A stretch of DNA of 48,649 nt from Hydrurus foetidus (GCA_900617105.1 UYFQ01000184.1:1-48649); one strand, 5' to 3'. Numbered from the stretch's first letter, positions 1-12,283 are shown. Made by a program: numbers and translations. Notes: generated by a model from the letters alone, not told the origin.

Positions 1-3000
1 TTCATCAATGCAGAAAGAAACGGACCGAACGCATCCGTTTTGTCATCATCAATCTCATCTCCATTGAGATTGATTCCGCACGGCAACACGCTCGCGGCGT
101 TAAGTGTTACTGTGTTCACTCTCGTCCCGGTCTCAGAAGGGGGGCGGTTAAGACCACTGCCCGTCCATAGCGCAGATGGACCCCACTCTTCTCCCACTGT
201 TGGAATACGGTGGGTGCTCGAGTGACCTTCGTCTCCATTGTCAGCAGTGTCGGTAATTAGGCGACACTGTGTACAAGGACTACGCGATCCGACAGCGTCA
301 CTATGATGACAACAGACGTCGGTATGTGGATCTGTACCGATGTCGGACTCTGCCCTTAAGGGAAGTAGACCGATGTCATCTGGGCTGGGTGACGTTTCGA
401 TTAACGTAGGGTCAAAGCCCATACGTTTCGGCGTCAGCACAAACAAGTTGTGTTGATTCAGGGACTTGCGTCCGATGATCAGATCCAATTGTGCAAAAGG
501 ATTAACACTAAAAGTGATATAGATAGTGTGCTTAATATTACTATCATCGAGAAAAGTAAGGCCTAAATCGACTAAGGTATTACACCTATAACAAGTGCCA
601 TCAAGACCGCTACAAACGTTAAGTGCGGTTGAAGACACATAACAATGAGCAAGTGCATCAAGTGAGACAAGCAGTGATTTGGAAACAAAATCGCCGGCCA
701 TGCTACCCGTGTCTAGGAGCGCGTGCGCTGTAAGACTAAGTCCCGTGGACTGGGGTGCTGACGCGGCTGTGGTGGGGGCGTGTCCCTGCAAGGTTCTTCG
801 TTCATCCTTGAACACCAATAATGAAAGAAGTTCATTAGGATTTGTTGAGTGTACCGCTGCTACAAGTGAGTCAGACGGTAACGTACCTATGAGCGGTATT
901 TCCGACATGTCGGTCTGGTTATGGCATGCCGCCAGCACCTCCGAGATTAGAGGCAGGGAGGTATGGAGTGGCTGTAACACGTGAAGACATGTGGGAAGAA
1001 CATTGTTAGTGTTATCCGATATAGTATTGGAGGGGTTGAGACCTCCAATGTATCAGTTATGAGTATATCAGAGTTGAGTATACATAAAGGTGGTGGTGTA
1101 TCGGTAGGGTTACATGTGCTAGCAGCATGTATCGCCACTACCAATGACTCCACCACCGTGACATGAGGTAACGTACCATCATATGCGGCTGCGGGCGGTA
1201 GACCACTGTGGGTTGCGTTGATGGAGGTGTTGTTGGCCAACGTGGTGTTTTGTCCACCAGAACCGTATCGCGGTTTGTTGGTGGGACTCGATTATGAATG
1301 ACCACCCACCACCCTGAGGTTTTATTCAGTACCTCATCAGTGAAATTTGTTTCACGACGGGGTATGTGGATTTTGAAGCGGCCCAGACCAGGGATGCGAT
1401 CATTGATAGGGTAGGTCGCATGACCGTATTGTGCCCACGTGCGACCCATGTTGGAGTGGTCCCACGGAACATTGTGGTTGGTGTTTGAATCCACCATCCA
1501 CATGTGTGGGCAGTTTTTCAGCAGATGGTCCATGTGTCCACACGAGTTACACTGTCGGAGTGGTGTTGTTGGCAGTGCCAGCGGTGGTAAAGCTGGGAGT
1601 GCCGCACCAACCAACAGGGTTTTGGGGTTCGTCGTGAGAGACAACCCGTATGGATTTTGGGTAGCGGGGTGACAATAAATGTCGTTGGGGTCCCCAAAAG
1701 CCGCTACGTGTAGCTGAAGTTGGCGTACCGCATTGACTTGGGAGAAGAAGCGACGCATCGCGAATTCCCAATCGTCCACGTCATGCGGGTTGACGCGTTT
1801 ATGCTCTTTGTATTTGGCGGTGATGGCACCGTTAAGAGGCATCTTTTTCTCGAAGATGAGAGTGAGTGCAGCATGGTCGGAGGTGCTGAGTGGGCCATGT
1901 ACTTGTACATGGTTCTCCACCACCTCACGAAACTGAGTCATGCAGCGCATCTCAATCTCCCTTTTTTGTAACAAAAGGCGAGATGGACTTCCGAGAAATG
2001 CTCAGCTAGTGACTGCCCTAGCTGTGTGTCCGCGCGAAAGTAGCGCAGGACTAATTGCGCTACTTGAGGGACAGTCAGTGTTTGGAGCCACACTTTACGT
2101 GTCTCTTCCGCATATGGATAATCTTGATCCGTATGGATCTGATCATCGATACACCTGACTGCTTTAGTCGAGATGACTTGACCAACATCATAGTTGTTGG
2201 TCCACCTCTGGGAGTGTTCGAAAACTCCCGTGCGGCCTCTTGTCCAATAATGCCTGACGCATTTACGTTGAGAACGTAAAGTACCGTTTGCAAGGCAATA
2301 GCGGAGATGGGTCGGGAACCATCGTCCACAGCACGGCCACCCACTACAAGCGCTGTAGGTGCCGCATTGGGTGTGGCAAACTGTACCGCGGGTACGTTGA
2401 TCGGTGACGTACGATCGTGTATGTACCGTGGTATCGGTGGTCGTACCGGGTGCGCTGCATTGGGGTCGGGACCGCCCCCTGCAGCTCGGAATGCTGCTGT
2501 TTGCTGCTCGTAATCGATTATGCGAGCTGTTGCAGGCAGTATCACGATGTCTGGAGGATCCAAGGGGAGTGGGTTAGGAACCCGAATTTCCCGTGGGATC
2601 TCCTGGATGACTCGTTGGGGTTGTGGGTTGTAATCCGTGTCACCGGTGAACGTACGTACGTATGTAGGCCGTTCCGGTGACCCTGGTGGGAAGCTTGTCG
2701 CTTGCGTGATGTGGGACCCTCTTGTGGAGGTGACGCGCGTTTGCGAGGAACGTCCGCTGTGCGGGTTATTGTCTCCACATTTTCGGGGATGCGCGTATCG
2801 CGACTCTCGAGTAGTCGAGAATTGTCGGTAACGCGTACGGTTGCCCGTGGAGTCGCACGTTCGTCCTCGTACTGGTTGTCGTTGTACTGACGACCGTCAT
2901 TACGGTTGCCCCGGTTGGAGGTATCCTGTTGGCGACGATTGTCTCCTTGAGGATAATCCCTTGGGGACTGTCATCGTAACCCTGTGGGGTTCTCGACGAC

Positions 3001-4159
3001 TTCTCCTATTGGGGTTGTTGTCTCCCTGACGGAAACTGTCGTTGTTGTCGTCGCGAAATTTATCGAAACCGCGAGTGTTAGTCGAATAATTTCCCCTGTT
3101 TGGGTTGTCATTACGACGAGAATCCTCGTAATTACGATTATCCCTTTGGGGGTTATCGTTGTGACGTTGGAAGGTGTCTCTGCGATTATCCCTGTTAGGG
3201 TTGTCGTCTTGTTGACGATAGTCGTTATCGCGACGCCCGTCATTCTGACGTGGGTTGTCGTCGTTGCGACGATTGTCGCTGTTGCGTCGATCGTCGTATT
3301 GACGTCTGTTGTCGTCGTTGAATGGGTGTCGTAGCCGCGACGACCATCGTTGTCGTAGTCGTGACTGTCGTCATTCTGACGGTAATCGTCGTTATAACGA
3401 CGATTATCGTTCTGACGTTGATTGTTGTCAGTGCGTCATCTATCGCGACGAGTGTTGTTACGGTGCTCCGTACCGTATGAAGGGCCCGTATTACGGTTGT
3501 CCCTGGGAGGGTTGGAGTCATCGTAAGTACGACGATTGTCGTTGTGACCTTGACGATTGTCATTTAGAACGCTGATAATCGTTGTTGTTTCGATTATCGT
3601 CATTGTATGGACGTTGGTTACAATCGTTGTTGCGTTGACGGTTATCGTAACGATTATCGTCACGACCGTCTTCGCTACCACTCTGTTGGTTGGGAGTGGG
3701 CGGGTAGTCGCCTGCATCATCCCCTTCCAAAGGGTATTCTCGACGAGCTATATTGTCATAACTGTCGAGGCCCTTACGCTGTAAGAATCGTTGGGGGGTG
3801 AATCTATACGGTGGCGAGGGTTCTCGTCGCCGTCGTCATCATCCCGTTCAGTGTCGCTGTTATGGCGTGCTGTTGACGGTTGGAGTTGGCGTCTGACGAA
3901 CGCAACGTGACATTGTCATGTTGTCGCGTTTGCGAACGTCGTCGTCGTGACGATTAGGCGGCGCCTGATTGGAACTGTTGGTAGGTCCCAGTATTGTTAC
4001 TGGGAATACCGGTCGATCAGTTCCATCAGACGCAGCTAATGCTGTCGGCGTTGTTGTTGTCGACTGGATTGTCGCAACTGTCGTCGCTGCCGGTACTGTC
4101 GGAGTAATTGCTTCAGCGAGCGACGGCGAGATCTCCGAGGAGTCGTCGGATAACGGCAT
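1..4159 (-). pseudogene. Frameshifted gag-pol of Gypsy A copy 1
   Basis: Starts MPLSDDSSEISPSLAE like ORF 12629. Broken into fragments (3860..4159, 2542..2778, 2075..2563, 1138..1974, 947..1240) collinear with copy 2. Confidence 0.9.
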
Positions 4160-4707
4160 CGTTAAATGACTTACGTCTTGACAATTTTAATGGCGAGAGT
4201 CGCCAAAAAAATTTGCAAGGGCTTCGCCTCGTGCCGTTTGGATGAAAATCAAACAGGCGATTAGGCGAAGCAAAGTAAGTCAAGTGTGTTCTGGGCGGAT
4301 GAATGAATCAATCCGCTTAAAATGAGCCGGGATTGGGAGACTTGCTCGACCAAACACGAGAACAGCGTGGAAGACGAAGCTATCCACGGACGTCTATCAA
4401 GCCAAGCTTGAAGCGAAACTGGGCAGAAGTTAACGGAGTTAACTCTGCACAATGGTATGGGATTGCTGAGATGAAACTCAAGCAACCACAAGATAGTCAA
4501 GTATCGGGAGATTTCGAGTGACTAAATTTACGGCGACCAGACTTCGGAGACTTGCTCGCGACAGTAAGAATTGCTCGCAAACGAGAATTTCGAATAAAAT
4601 TCGAGATTCTCCACGCAGGGTAATCGGGAGAGTTAGGGCAGCAGGGTAGCGTAGAGGATGGTAGCTTAGAGTAGGAGAATAGGGTCTAAAGAAGAGAAAC
4701 TAAAGGA

Positions 4708-4719
4708 AGTAGATCTACT
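4708..4719 (-). promoter_or_regulatory. Palindrome AGTAGATCTACT at the PBS position of Gypsy A copy 1
   Basis: GTAGATCTAC (4709-4718) abuts the LTR end. Identical in copy 2. Function inferred. Confidence 0.7.
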
Positions 4720-4928
4720 GTGACCTTGGAAGGCAAAGCGAAGGGAGGTCTAAAGGCTAAAAGAAGCTTGTTAGTTAGGGATGCAACAGAAGGTACGCTA
4801 GTAACTTCTGCAAAGCAGCACAAACTAGCTAGTGACTGATAGTCGTGGCTGTGAACACGAAGGTACTAAGGTGGAAACAGCATCTAACCTAATCGCTGAA
4901 TGAGGTAGCAGACCCTGAGGGAGTCACA
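4719..4928 (-). repeat. 5' LTR of Gypsy A copy 1 (210 bp, TGTGAC...GTCACA)
   Basis: Reverse complement of the LTR at 12061-12272 with a few differences. Confidence 0.95.
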
Positions 4929-4972
4929 GACCCACGAACTAAGCTCAAATCGGAATCAGAGTTTATTAGTTT

Positions 4973-5932
4973 TTGGAAAAGTGCAAGGAGCGCTCTCAAT
5001 TCATTTCTGACCCGACACTCAATACCACCACATCCAACTCACATACAAACGGGGACTATCACTCATCGGCCACAATTTGTTTATACCCCCTCTCTTCCGC
5101 TTCGTTCATAGGTAGCGATGGGGTCATATCACTGCAGAGTAAAAAAGACCTGTCGACGTTCATAGCGACGTCTGTGCTACCTAGAACGAATCGTACGTAC
5201 GAAAGTCATTGGAACGCGTGGAAGCAGTTCTTAAAGAGCGAGTTGAATCAGGACGATCCTTTCCTCAGAGCACTGACCGAGGATGAGAAGGCATCTCTCG
5301 TTAGTATCATGATGCTCAGGAAGCACCAGGCCGGGCATAGAGGAAGAGCAGCTGCGTCGTTCACAGCGGGCATTAGAATGAGGTTCGCTCAAGAAACCCT
5401 CCCTACTGGGTTCCTGGACTCTGCAGTCGTTGCGACAGCTAGGACCTCGTGTTTGATGAAACCGGAGGAGTTGAGAGCAAAACGCAACAGTGCCCCATCG
5501 TGCACAGTCAAGCTCCCGATATGCGAGAGTGTGCTCGTTGAGATGAGGCAGCAGCTATGGGTTGGACGGACATGGGGTTACGCAGACCTCGCCTTGAGGA
5601 TGACACATCTAGGATGCATGTACGGTTTCGAGTTGTCAGCTCGTGTGGGGGCTTTCATGTATGGAGAAAACGGAGGGACTGACCACTGTATAAGAACAGA
5701 TGACCTGTCCTTCGCAGTTGAGACCCCACCCGAGTCAAGAAGTGTTGTGGGGAGCGAGTTAGCGGATCTTCCGCAAGTAAGGGCGGGTGAAGGGTACAGT
5801 CAGATTGTGCAGTGCCGTGTCCTAGGAGCCAGCACCAAAGGCAAGGTGACAGTCAAGGCGAAGCTTATTGGGCGCAGGTCACCCAAGGAGAGTGAGTTCA
5901 TAGATGATCTGATCGACTTCATCATCCACTAG
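4973..5932 (+). pseudogene. C-terminally truncated tyrosine recombinase, DIRS/Ngaro retrotransposon type
   Basis: TNRTYESHWNAWKQFL (SAM-like N-terminal domain), KLPI, GCMYGFELSARVG (catalytic Arg box), DHCIRTDDL. Stops before the HxxR and Tyr boxes. Confidence 0.75.
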
Positions 5933-6543
5933 ACAAATATCAAGGTAGGATTGGTTGGCTGCGGGGTGAGAAAAAACAGGCGCTAAACTTAGTGCAAATG
6001 CGGATACTTTTATGGGAGTGAGACTCTTTGCACTGAGCGAGTAAGCGGGTGCCAAAAACGATTCAGCACTTCTCTCTCGTTTGGCACCAGACATAATTCT
6101 GTGGTTGCGGCACTTGGGGGGACTCTCAACTGCCAGTGACTTGCGGGGTTAATTTGGCCCCCCATACTATTTCCCCCCCCTTCGACTAATCCCCCTGGGG
6201 TACTACCCAGGCTTGGCTCCGGTCAGCGGTCCTCGCTCCTGCCGCTCCAGAGAACCTATCCTACCGTAAAGGTATCCTCCAATTCTCTTCTACTCTCGAA
6301 ATCCCGTCCCTCTGGGGAAATCGATTCAATCTGTATTTCCTCCCTCCACACATCCCTGTGCTTCACTTCGTGTATAGTGGGAGGAAGATCGACAAAGGTA
6401 AATGGTAATATTATCTCACATGTGGTGCGCTGAAGCGCCAGTGGTTATTCGACTCTCCCGCCCCGCTCTTTTCATCTCTTGATTTGAGTTAGGGGTTATC
6501 GGGGGATCGTGGGTCCCTATTCCCTTCACCCATTTCTTACCAA

Positions 6544-6808
6544 TGTGGTCGTTGGTGACCTGAAGGCGAAGGACGAGGACGATGGACGAGGACGGAGGGC
6601 GAAAAACGAAGATGGAGGAGGTGGAAGAGTATTCTTATAGTTTACAGCAAGAAACAAGCAGCAGTATCTACAGTGATGTGTACTCGCGTGGAAACGAAAA
6701 GAAAAGAAAACTGTACCGGACTTTGGGTCCGTTCTAGAATCTACAGTACAGGTATAGTATACAGTCACAGTGTATCCGTACATGCAGTACAGATGCAGTG
6801 AGGCTACA
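6544..6808 (-). repeat. 3' LTR of Gypsy B
   Basis: Direct repeat of 11437-11701, TG...CA termini, purine tract GAAAAGGGAAGAAGGGGTAG immediately upstream on the minus strand. Confidence 0.95.
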
Positions 6809-7030
6809 CTACCCCTTCTTCCCTTTTCTTTTCCAATGAACTCTACTAATATTTGTATGAGAGTGGGAAAGAAAGACGAAACAAAACACATTTTGAAAAA
6901 AAAAATGAGAAACTTCGAAAACGATGATGTCAGACTCTTACTGACTAAATTCCTCCAAAAAAGAATATAAAAAAAAAGGAGGTAAATTCTTCATGAATAA
7001 CGTTTCGAGTGAAGAAATCAACGGTGTTGT

Positions 7031-10000
7031 TTATTGATTAATTTGGTTTTGATGAAGTAAATCTGTACGAAGAAGTTCTTTGGCCGAAGCTTTGAGAAGA
7101 CTATCTTGTATTTTTAACAGATTGCTCATACGTGTTGACAAAGGTTTGTCATTAATAACAAGTCTCTCAGATGGAGGAAGAAATATTCCTCTGTCTAATT
7201 TGAGTATATTGCCGAAAAGCAATTGAGATGCAGAGATTTTTAAACGATCACTGTGATTAGAATTTAAAATAACTTCGGAAATGAAGTGTGGCCCATTATC
7301 AGAACGGAGTTGGAGAGGTGCGCCGAAACGACCGAAATGTTGCAAAAGGCATTGAGCAGTCGAAAGTGCCGAAGCATCTTTAGTATGAAACAGCTCAACC
7401 CACCTTGTGAACGTATCGATAATTACGAGTACGTACCCCCGTCTGGAAACGGTCCTACGAAGTCTATGTTAAGGCACTCCATAGGTGTGTAAGTAGAAGT
7501 CGAAAAGCCGTGAGCATGAATTGGGATCTTTAACATGCTCATCTTTTGACAACACGAACAGTGATCTATGAACCACCTGACATGCTGTCGTTGAAACTGC
7601 CACACCTTGTTGTTGTCTTTGAGACGCTTTAAAGTGCGCTCAAGACCAAAGTGACCAACTTGTGAATTGTGTACATTACTTATAGTATTGTATTGTTCAC
7701 GAGTCAGTTTGAATTTTTCAATAATATTGGCAGACATGATTGTCTCAAGTGAATATTCTTGAGGATGGTCAATCATGTTGTTACGACAGAGTCGAGACAT
7801 CGAATCGGCTATGTCATTGTTAACACCAGAAATGAATTCAATTTTAAATGAGAATTCTGATAAAGCCATAAGCCAACGAACAATCATTGGATTTGAATGA
7901 TTTTTAATGTATAACAAGTTACGATGATCGGTGCGTAAAGTAAACATCCGATCACGTAATAGCGATTTTAAATACGTGCACGCAAAGAAAATAGCATATG
8001 CTTCTTTCTGTATAACTGCCCACCTAAGTTGAGCTTTGTTAAGCGATTTACTAACAAATGCTACGGGCGTCTCTTTTCCGTCAACTAACTGAAAAAGATA
8101 AGCACCTACACCGTAATCCGATGCATCAGTGTGCAAGTAAATCGGATCGGTGTCACTTAAAAAGTGCATTGTCGTGCATTTTGCAGTCTCAGATTTAATT
8201 AACTCAAATGCTGAGTCAGCTTCTGGTGTCCAAACTATTTTTTTAGATTTATTATAATCAACAAGCAACTGGTGTAATGGATATAGTACACTTGAAGCAT
8301 TTTTGATAAAATCGCGAAAATAGTTTACCAAACCTAAAAAGCTTTTAAGTTGTTTAGATATATCTGGTTTTGGAAAATCTAAAACTTGCTGTATTTTTTC
8401 TTGTGACATTTTTAGTCCATTCGACGTAACATTCAGCAGAAAGGACTTTGCCAACATAATCAATTTCGGAATAGCCAAGATAACATTTATTTGGTTTAAG
8501 AAATATTTTATGTTGTCGAAAGCGTTGAAAGACAAGACGGAGTCTAAAAACTAATTCGTCAGTGTCTTTGCCGAAAACATTGCAATCATCAATGTACATT
8601 TCGCATATAGTGTAAATCAATCCAGCTAATACAACAGTTGCCATGGTCTGTTGAAAATAAGAAGGAGCTCGTTTAGGCCCGAAGGGCAGACGAGTGAATT
8701 GATACACGCCACAGAAAAGTATGAATGCCGTGTATGCGCGTGCTGCAAGTGTAAGCGGTGCTTGATGATATCCTTGAGTGAGATCAAGTGTAGCGAATAC
8801 TTTAGCTTTATGAGCACCAATTCGATGTAACATTTCATTTATGTTAGGAATGGGCCATGATGCATCTTCGGTACAATCATTAAGATTTCGATAATCTATA
8901 CACATGCGTTTGGTTCCGTCAGATTTTGGAACCATAAGCACTTGGCTGTAATAAGCCGCATTTGATTTCTCGATAATCCCTTGCTCTTCAAGTTTCGCGA
9001 GTTGACGTATAATGTCAGCTTGATTTGCAGTGGATTGAGGTCGAGGAGGTGTTCTATTACGGGAGACTTTCCATTTTACGTCATCCACGTTAAGTTCAAA
9101 CGGTGGGATATCAGCAGGGCTAGCCGGAAGCTCACTGCTAAATATATCCCTAAATTCGTTACATAGTAAACGGAGTTTATTTTTCTGATCTTCATCACCT
9201 GCTATGTGTATTAGCGAGAGTGAATCTGTATCAAGAAATTCATTAATCCATGGTGAAAAGGAGTCATTTAATGAATCATCAATTTCATCTTCATCAGGCG
9301 GCACAACTCCAAATAGTTGTTCCGACTCTTGAATTAACGAAGCTAGTATGACATGTGTTTGGGTGACTGCCGGATCTTTCATTTGGGTTAATGAAAGATC
9401 TTTTGGGGTTCCTTTAGAGGTTTGCAAAGTCTCTTCAGGCTGACAGCCACATGTCATGACCACATCTTCAGAAGTCGAGACTCCCTTTATTGGGGTTGGT
9501 CGCGATGAAGTGCTGGATTTTATTTGATCTGGGAAAATCGAGAATAGATCTAAATCTCGTATAATTTTTCTTCCCACTATCAGATCAATTTGTGTTTGTT
9601 CTAAAACATAAGCCGTGATTTGGAAAGAAGAATAATTATTTAAATCAGGGCAAAAATAAGAAAGGTTTAAGTCGATGGTTTCAGAAATTTCATAGCAATG
9701 ATTATCTAAACCACTACAAACTTTACACGCTTTCTTAGATGATTTAGAAACATGTTGTGTTAAGTTAAGATTATTTATAACACGCCTAGCTATGAAATTG
9801 CTGGCGATCGATCCCGTATCCAATAGAGTGAAGACTCTATTTTTCTCTTCCAGCGAAGTTTGCTGAGAAATATGAGAAATAAAGAAAGGGATAGGATGTT
9901 TATCCGATGAAACGGAAGGGTTGTCAATTGACGACATATTAAGGTTGTAAACGTAGTCACCTTTTTGTTTCTTCGCGACACGAGTAGTGTCTGCTGACGA

Positions 10001-10063
10001 AGCAGCGGTCTTAGAAGACGTAGAAGAAGAGGAGGAAGCGGAAAACCGCTTCCTCCTCTTCTT
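7031..10063 (-). pseudogene. pol of Gypsy B (protease, RT, RNase H, internally deleted integrase)
   Basis: LLDTGS, RMCIDYRNLN, EMYIDD, LHTDASDYG, HHCC (VHNSQVGH...CSCCQ), NIDFVGP, RSDNG. Frameshifts near 8430 and 7430, deletion near 7265, no GPF motif or chromodomain left. Confidence 0.93.
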
Positions 10064-11360
10064 AGGCGTTTGTTCCGTAGGCGTTTGGGATGAACGCCGC
10101 TTTGGGATCGATCTTGAAAAGATCTTTGCCTCCTTCCGACTGAAGGAAAGGTTTCTCGGTACTGTTAAAGTACGGAGAAGAGCCGAACCGACAAGTGGCT
10201 ACTAAGTGGCCAAGTCTCCCACAGCCAGTACAGTGGGGTTTGTCAGATTGCTCAGGCTTCTCGTCCTCTCGTAGCCGTTTTTTAATTCGTGACTCTTGAG
10301 GAGGACGGTTAGAGTTTTTGATCTGGCGAGAATGATCGCCATAAGTCGGGTGAATGTCTACAAACCGTAAAGCATCAATTGCTTCTCGTAGCTTTCTTGG
10401 TTGCGCACGCCACACGAATCGAAAATCATCGACCGTGATAAGACGTGGCATTCTATCGAGAGTGCGGTACAAAACTGACCTCCAATTAATGGGTTCAGCT
10501 GGCAACTTATCAATAAGAATTTTAGTTGCTGTTAACTGCATGGCAGCTGACACCTCAGGGAATGCATCGACAATATCAGCTAAAAGCTGGTCTGTCTTTT
10601 CTTCCACTGATGGGTTCTTCAGGTCAAATTGAATTTGAACCTGAGTAATGGATTCAATGAATCCTAGTTTATCCGTTCTGGACGTAGCAGTTGCAGGAAT
10701 TGCCAAATTCAATTCTCTACAAAAATTCTGATTAGTCCAGTTTCTCCAGTTGTTACAACTGTCTCGACGATCAGGGTCGGTTGCAAATCGAAGTTGCAAA
10801 AGGGTTCTAAAAGATTGGAAGTTGCTGTGATGAACGACATCAACTGGCCGAAACGGCGTTCCATTCGAGAGGAGAACCTCTGAAACTCTTTGAACTTCTT
10901 GCCAAGACGGCTTGGCGCTCAACTTAGGAGCTTTCTCACCAACTTGCACGTACTGAGTTGGTGGTGCCAAAGCACGTTGATCAGCAGATCTATCGACCGA
11001 AGTCAACGTGATCTCAGCCGAAGCTGGTGTCGCAGCCGAAGCTGGTATCGCAGCCGAAGCTGGTGAAATTGTTAATGCAGACAACGCAGAAATTACAGGA
11101 GCATCAACGACAGACACGACCGCAGGCCCCGACGTCAGCTGAGACGCCGGCGCAGACAGGTCTCCGGCGGGGTCCTGAATCGCAGGTGATCCAGGAGACT
11201 CTATGTCTTGGACGTTGCGCTGCGTATGCTTAAGATACGCCTTCCGTGCTGCGACGGCGACAGCGCGCGGCTGAGCTCGTCTTAAGATGGCGCCGGTGTT
11301 GTCGGTGGTGTTGGTGATGGCTTTAGCCGAGGCATTGGCACGGATACGGCGAATAGCCAT
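10062..11360 (-). CDS. gag of Gypsy B
   Basis: 432-aa ORF just inside the 5' LTR with CCHC knuckle CTGCGRLGHLVATC. Confidence 0.85.
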   Translation of the reverse strand: MAIRRIRANASAKAITNTTDNTGAILRRAQPRAVAVAARKAYLKHTQRNVQDIESPGSPAIQDPAGDLSAPASQLTSGPAVVSVVDAPVISALSALTISPASAAIPASAATPASAEITLTSVDRSADQRALAPPTQYVQVGEKAPKLSAKPSWQEVQRVSEVLLSNGTPFRPVDVVHHSNFQSFRTLLQLRFATDPDRRDSCNNWRNWTNQNFCRELNLAIPATATSRTDKLGFIESITQVQIQFDLKNPSVEEKTDQLLADIVDAFPEVSAAMQLTATKILIDKLPAEPINWRSVLYRTLDRMPRLITVDDFRFVWRAQPRKLREAIDALRFVDIHPTYGDHSRQIKNSNRPPQESRIKKRLREDEKPEQSDKPHCTGCGRLGHLVATCRFGSSPYFNSTEKPFLQSEGGKDLFKIDPKAAFIPNAYGTNA

Positions 11361-11425
11361 GCTCCGAGAAATTTCCCGAGAAAAGATGAATGAGTAGAAG
11401 GAAATAATTTTGGTCGTAGGAACTA

Positions 11426-11437
11426 AATATCGATATT
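11426..11437 (-). promoter_or_regulatory. Palindrome AATATCGATATT at the PBS position of Gypsy B
   Basis: ATATCGATAT (11427-11436) abuts the LTR end. No TGG tRNA-type PBS. Function inferred. Confidence 0.7.
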
Positions 11438-11701
11438 GTAATCGTTGGTGACCTGAAGGCGAAGGACGAGGACGATGGACGAGGACGGAGGGCGAAAAAC
11501 GAAGATGGAGGAGGTGGAAGAGTATTCTTATAGTTTACAGCAAGAAACAAGCAGTAGTATCTACAGTGATGTGTACTCGCGTGGAAACGAAAAGAAAAGA
11601 AAACTGTACCGGACTTTGGGTCCGTTCTAGAATCTACAGTACAGGTATAGTATACAGTCACAGTGTATCCGTACATGCAGTGCAGATGCAGTGAGGCTAC
11701 A
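11437..11701 (-). repeat. 5' LTR of Gypsy B
   Basis: Direct repeat of 6544-6808. Confidence 0.95.
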
Positions 11702-12060
11702 CCAAGGCAATTCACCCAGTCATGTGGTGACTGCGATTATTAGATAGTTAGTCTGACTGCTGGGATAAGGCGCATAGGTCGAGATGGGAAGAAAACCAAA
11801 ACCTCCGATTTCAAAAACCTCTCAAAAACCTCTTTTGAAAAATTTACCGGTTTTCGATTTCGGTTTTGGGGTAGGTTTTGACGTCGACAATTTTCGTACC
11901 GTCGAGTGCTCTTTGTTTGCGCTCAAACGTGGTATTAGGATTTATCGGAAATACACTTAAAATCACGGAAAACTTTCTCCCCGTTTTCATGTGGGAAATT
12001 TTGACCTCTGTCAAAATCACTGTTTTCGCTCCAAAATGGACGATTTTGAACTCGAATAGC

Positions 12061-12272
12061 TGTGACTCCCTCAGGGTCTGCTACCTCATTCAGCCGATTA
12101 GGTTAGATGCTGTTTCCACCTTAGTACCTTCGTGTTCACAGCCACGACTATCAGTCACTAGCTAGTTTGTGCTGCTTTGCAGAAGTTACTAGCGTACCTT
12201 CTGTTGCATCCCTAACTAACAAGCTTCTTTTAGCCTTTAGACTTCCCTTCTCTCTAGCCCTCCAAGGTCACA
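12061..12272 (+). repeat. 5' LTR of Gypsy A copy 2
   Basis: TGTGAC...GTCACA, repeated at 20583-20789. Confidence 0.96.
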
Positions 12273-12283
12273 GTAGATCTACT
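12272..12283 (+). promoter_or_regulatory. Palindrome AGTAGATCTACT at the PBS position of Gypsy A copy 2
   Basis: GTAGATCTAC at 12273-12282 directly after the LTR CA. Absent after the 3' LTR. Function inferred. Confidence 0.7.

Larger units (their letters stand above)
1..4928 (-). mobile_element. Ty3/Gypsy family A, copy 1 (5' LTR, gag, protease; continues beyond window start)
   Basis: Reverse complement closely matches 12061-17400. Has CCHC knuckle CNSCGHMDHLLKNC (ORF 1138..1974) and protease LLDTGS near 700-720. Confidence 0.95.
6544..11701 (-). mobile_element. Ty3/Gypsy family B, two LTRs, degenerate, 4-bp TSD CCAA
   Basis: 265-bp LTRs at 6544-6808 and 11437-11701 (4 transitions apart). 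CCAA at 6540-6543 and 11702-11705. PPT next to 6809. Domain order gag-PR-RT-RH-IN. Confidence 0.96.

Noticed and set aside
2971..3801. Thr/Ile/Val-rich ORFs on both strands (also 13043-14011)
   Set aside because: Shadow frames of the Asn/Asp/Arg-rich gag region.
5933..6543. Hammerhead or HDV-like ribozyme in the YR element tail
   Set aside because: No CUGANGA core seen on either strand. The TCCTCGC near 6230 lacks the P1/P1.1 pairing. Checked by eye only.
6526..6891. Duplicated ORF (also 11323..11715)
   Set aside because: Lies across the Gypsy B LTRs. The duplication reflects the LTRs and no protein motif is present.
12061..12272. Tf1-type LTR complement for the Gypsy A and B PBS
   Set aside because: No complement of GTAGATCTAC or ATATCGATAT found in the respective LTRs.
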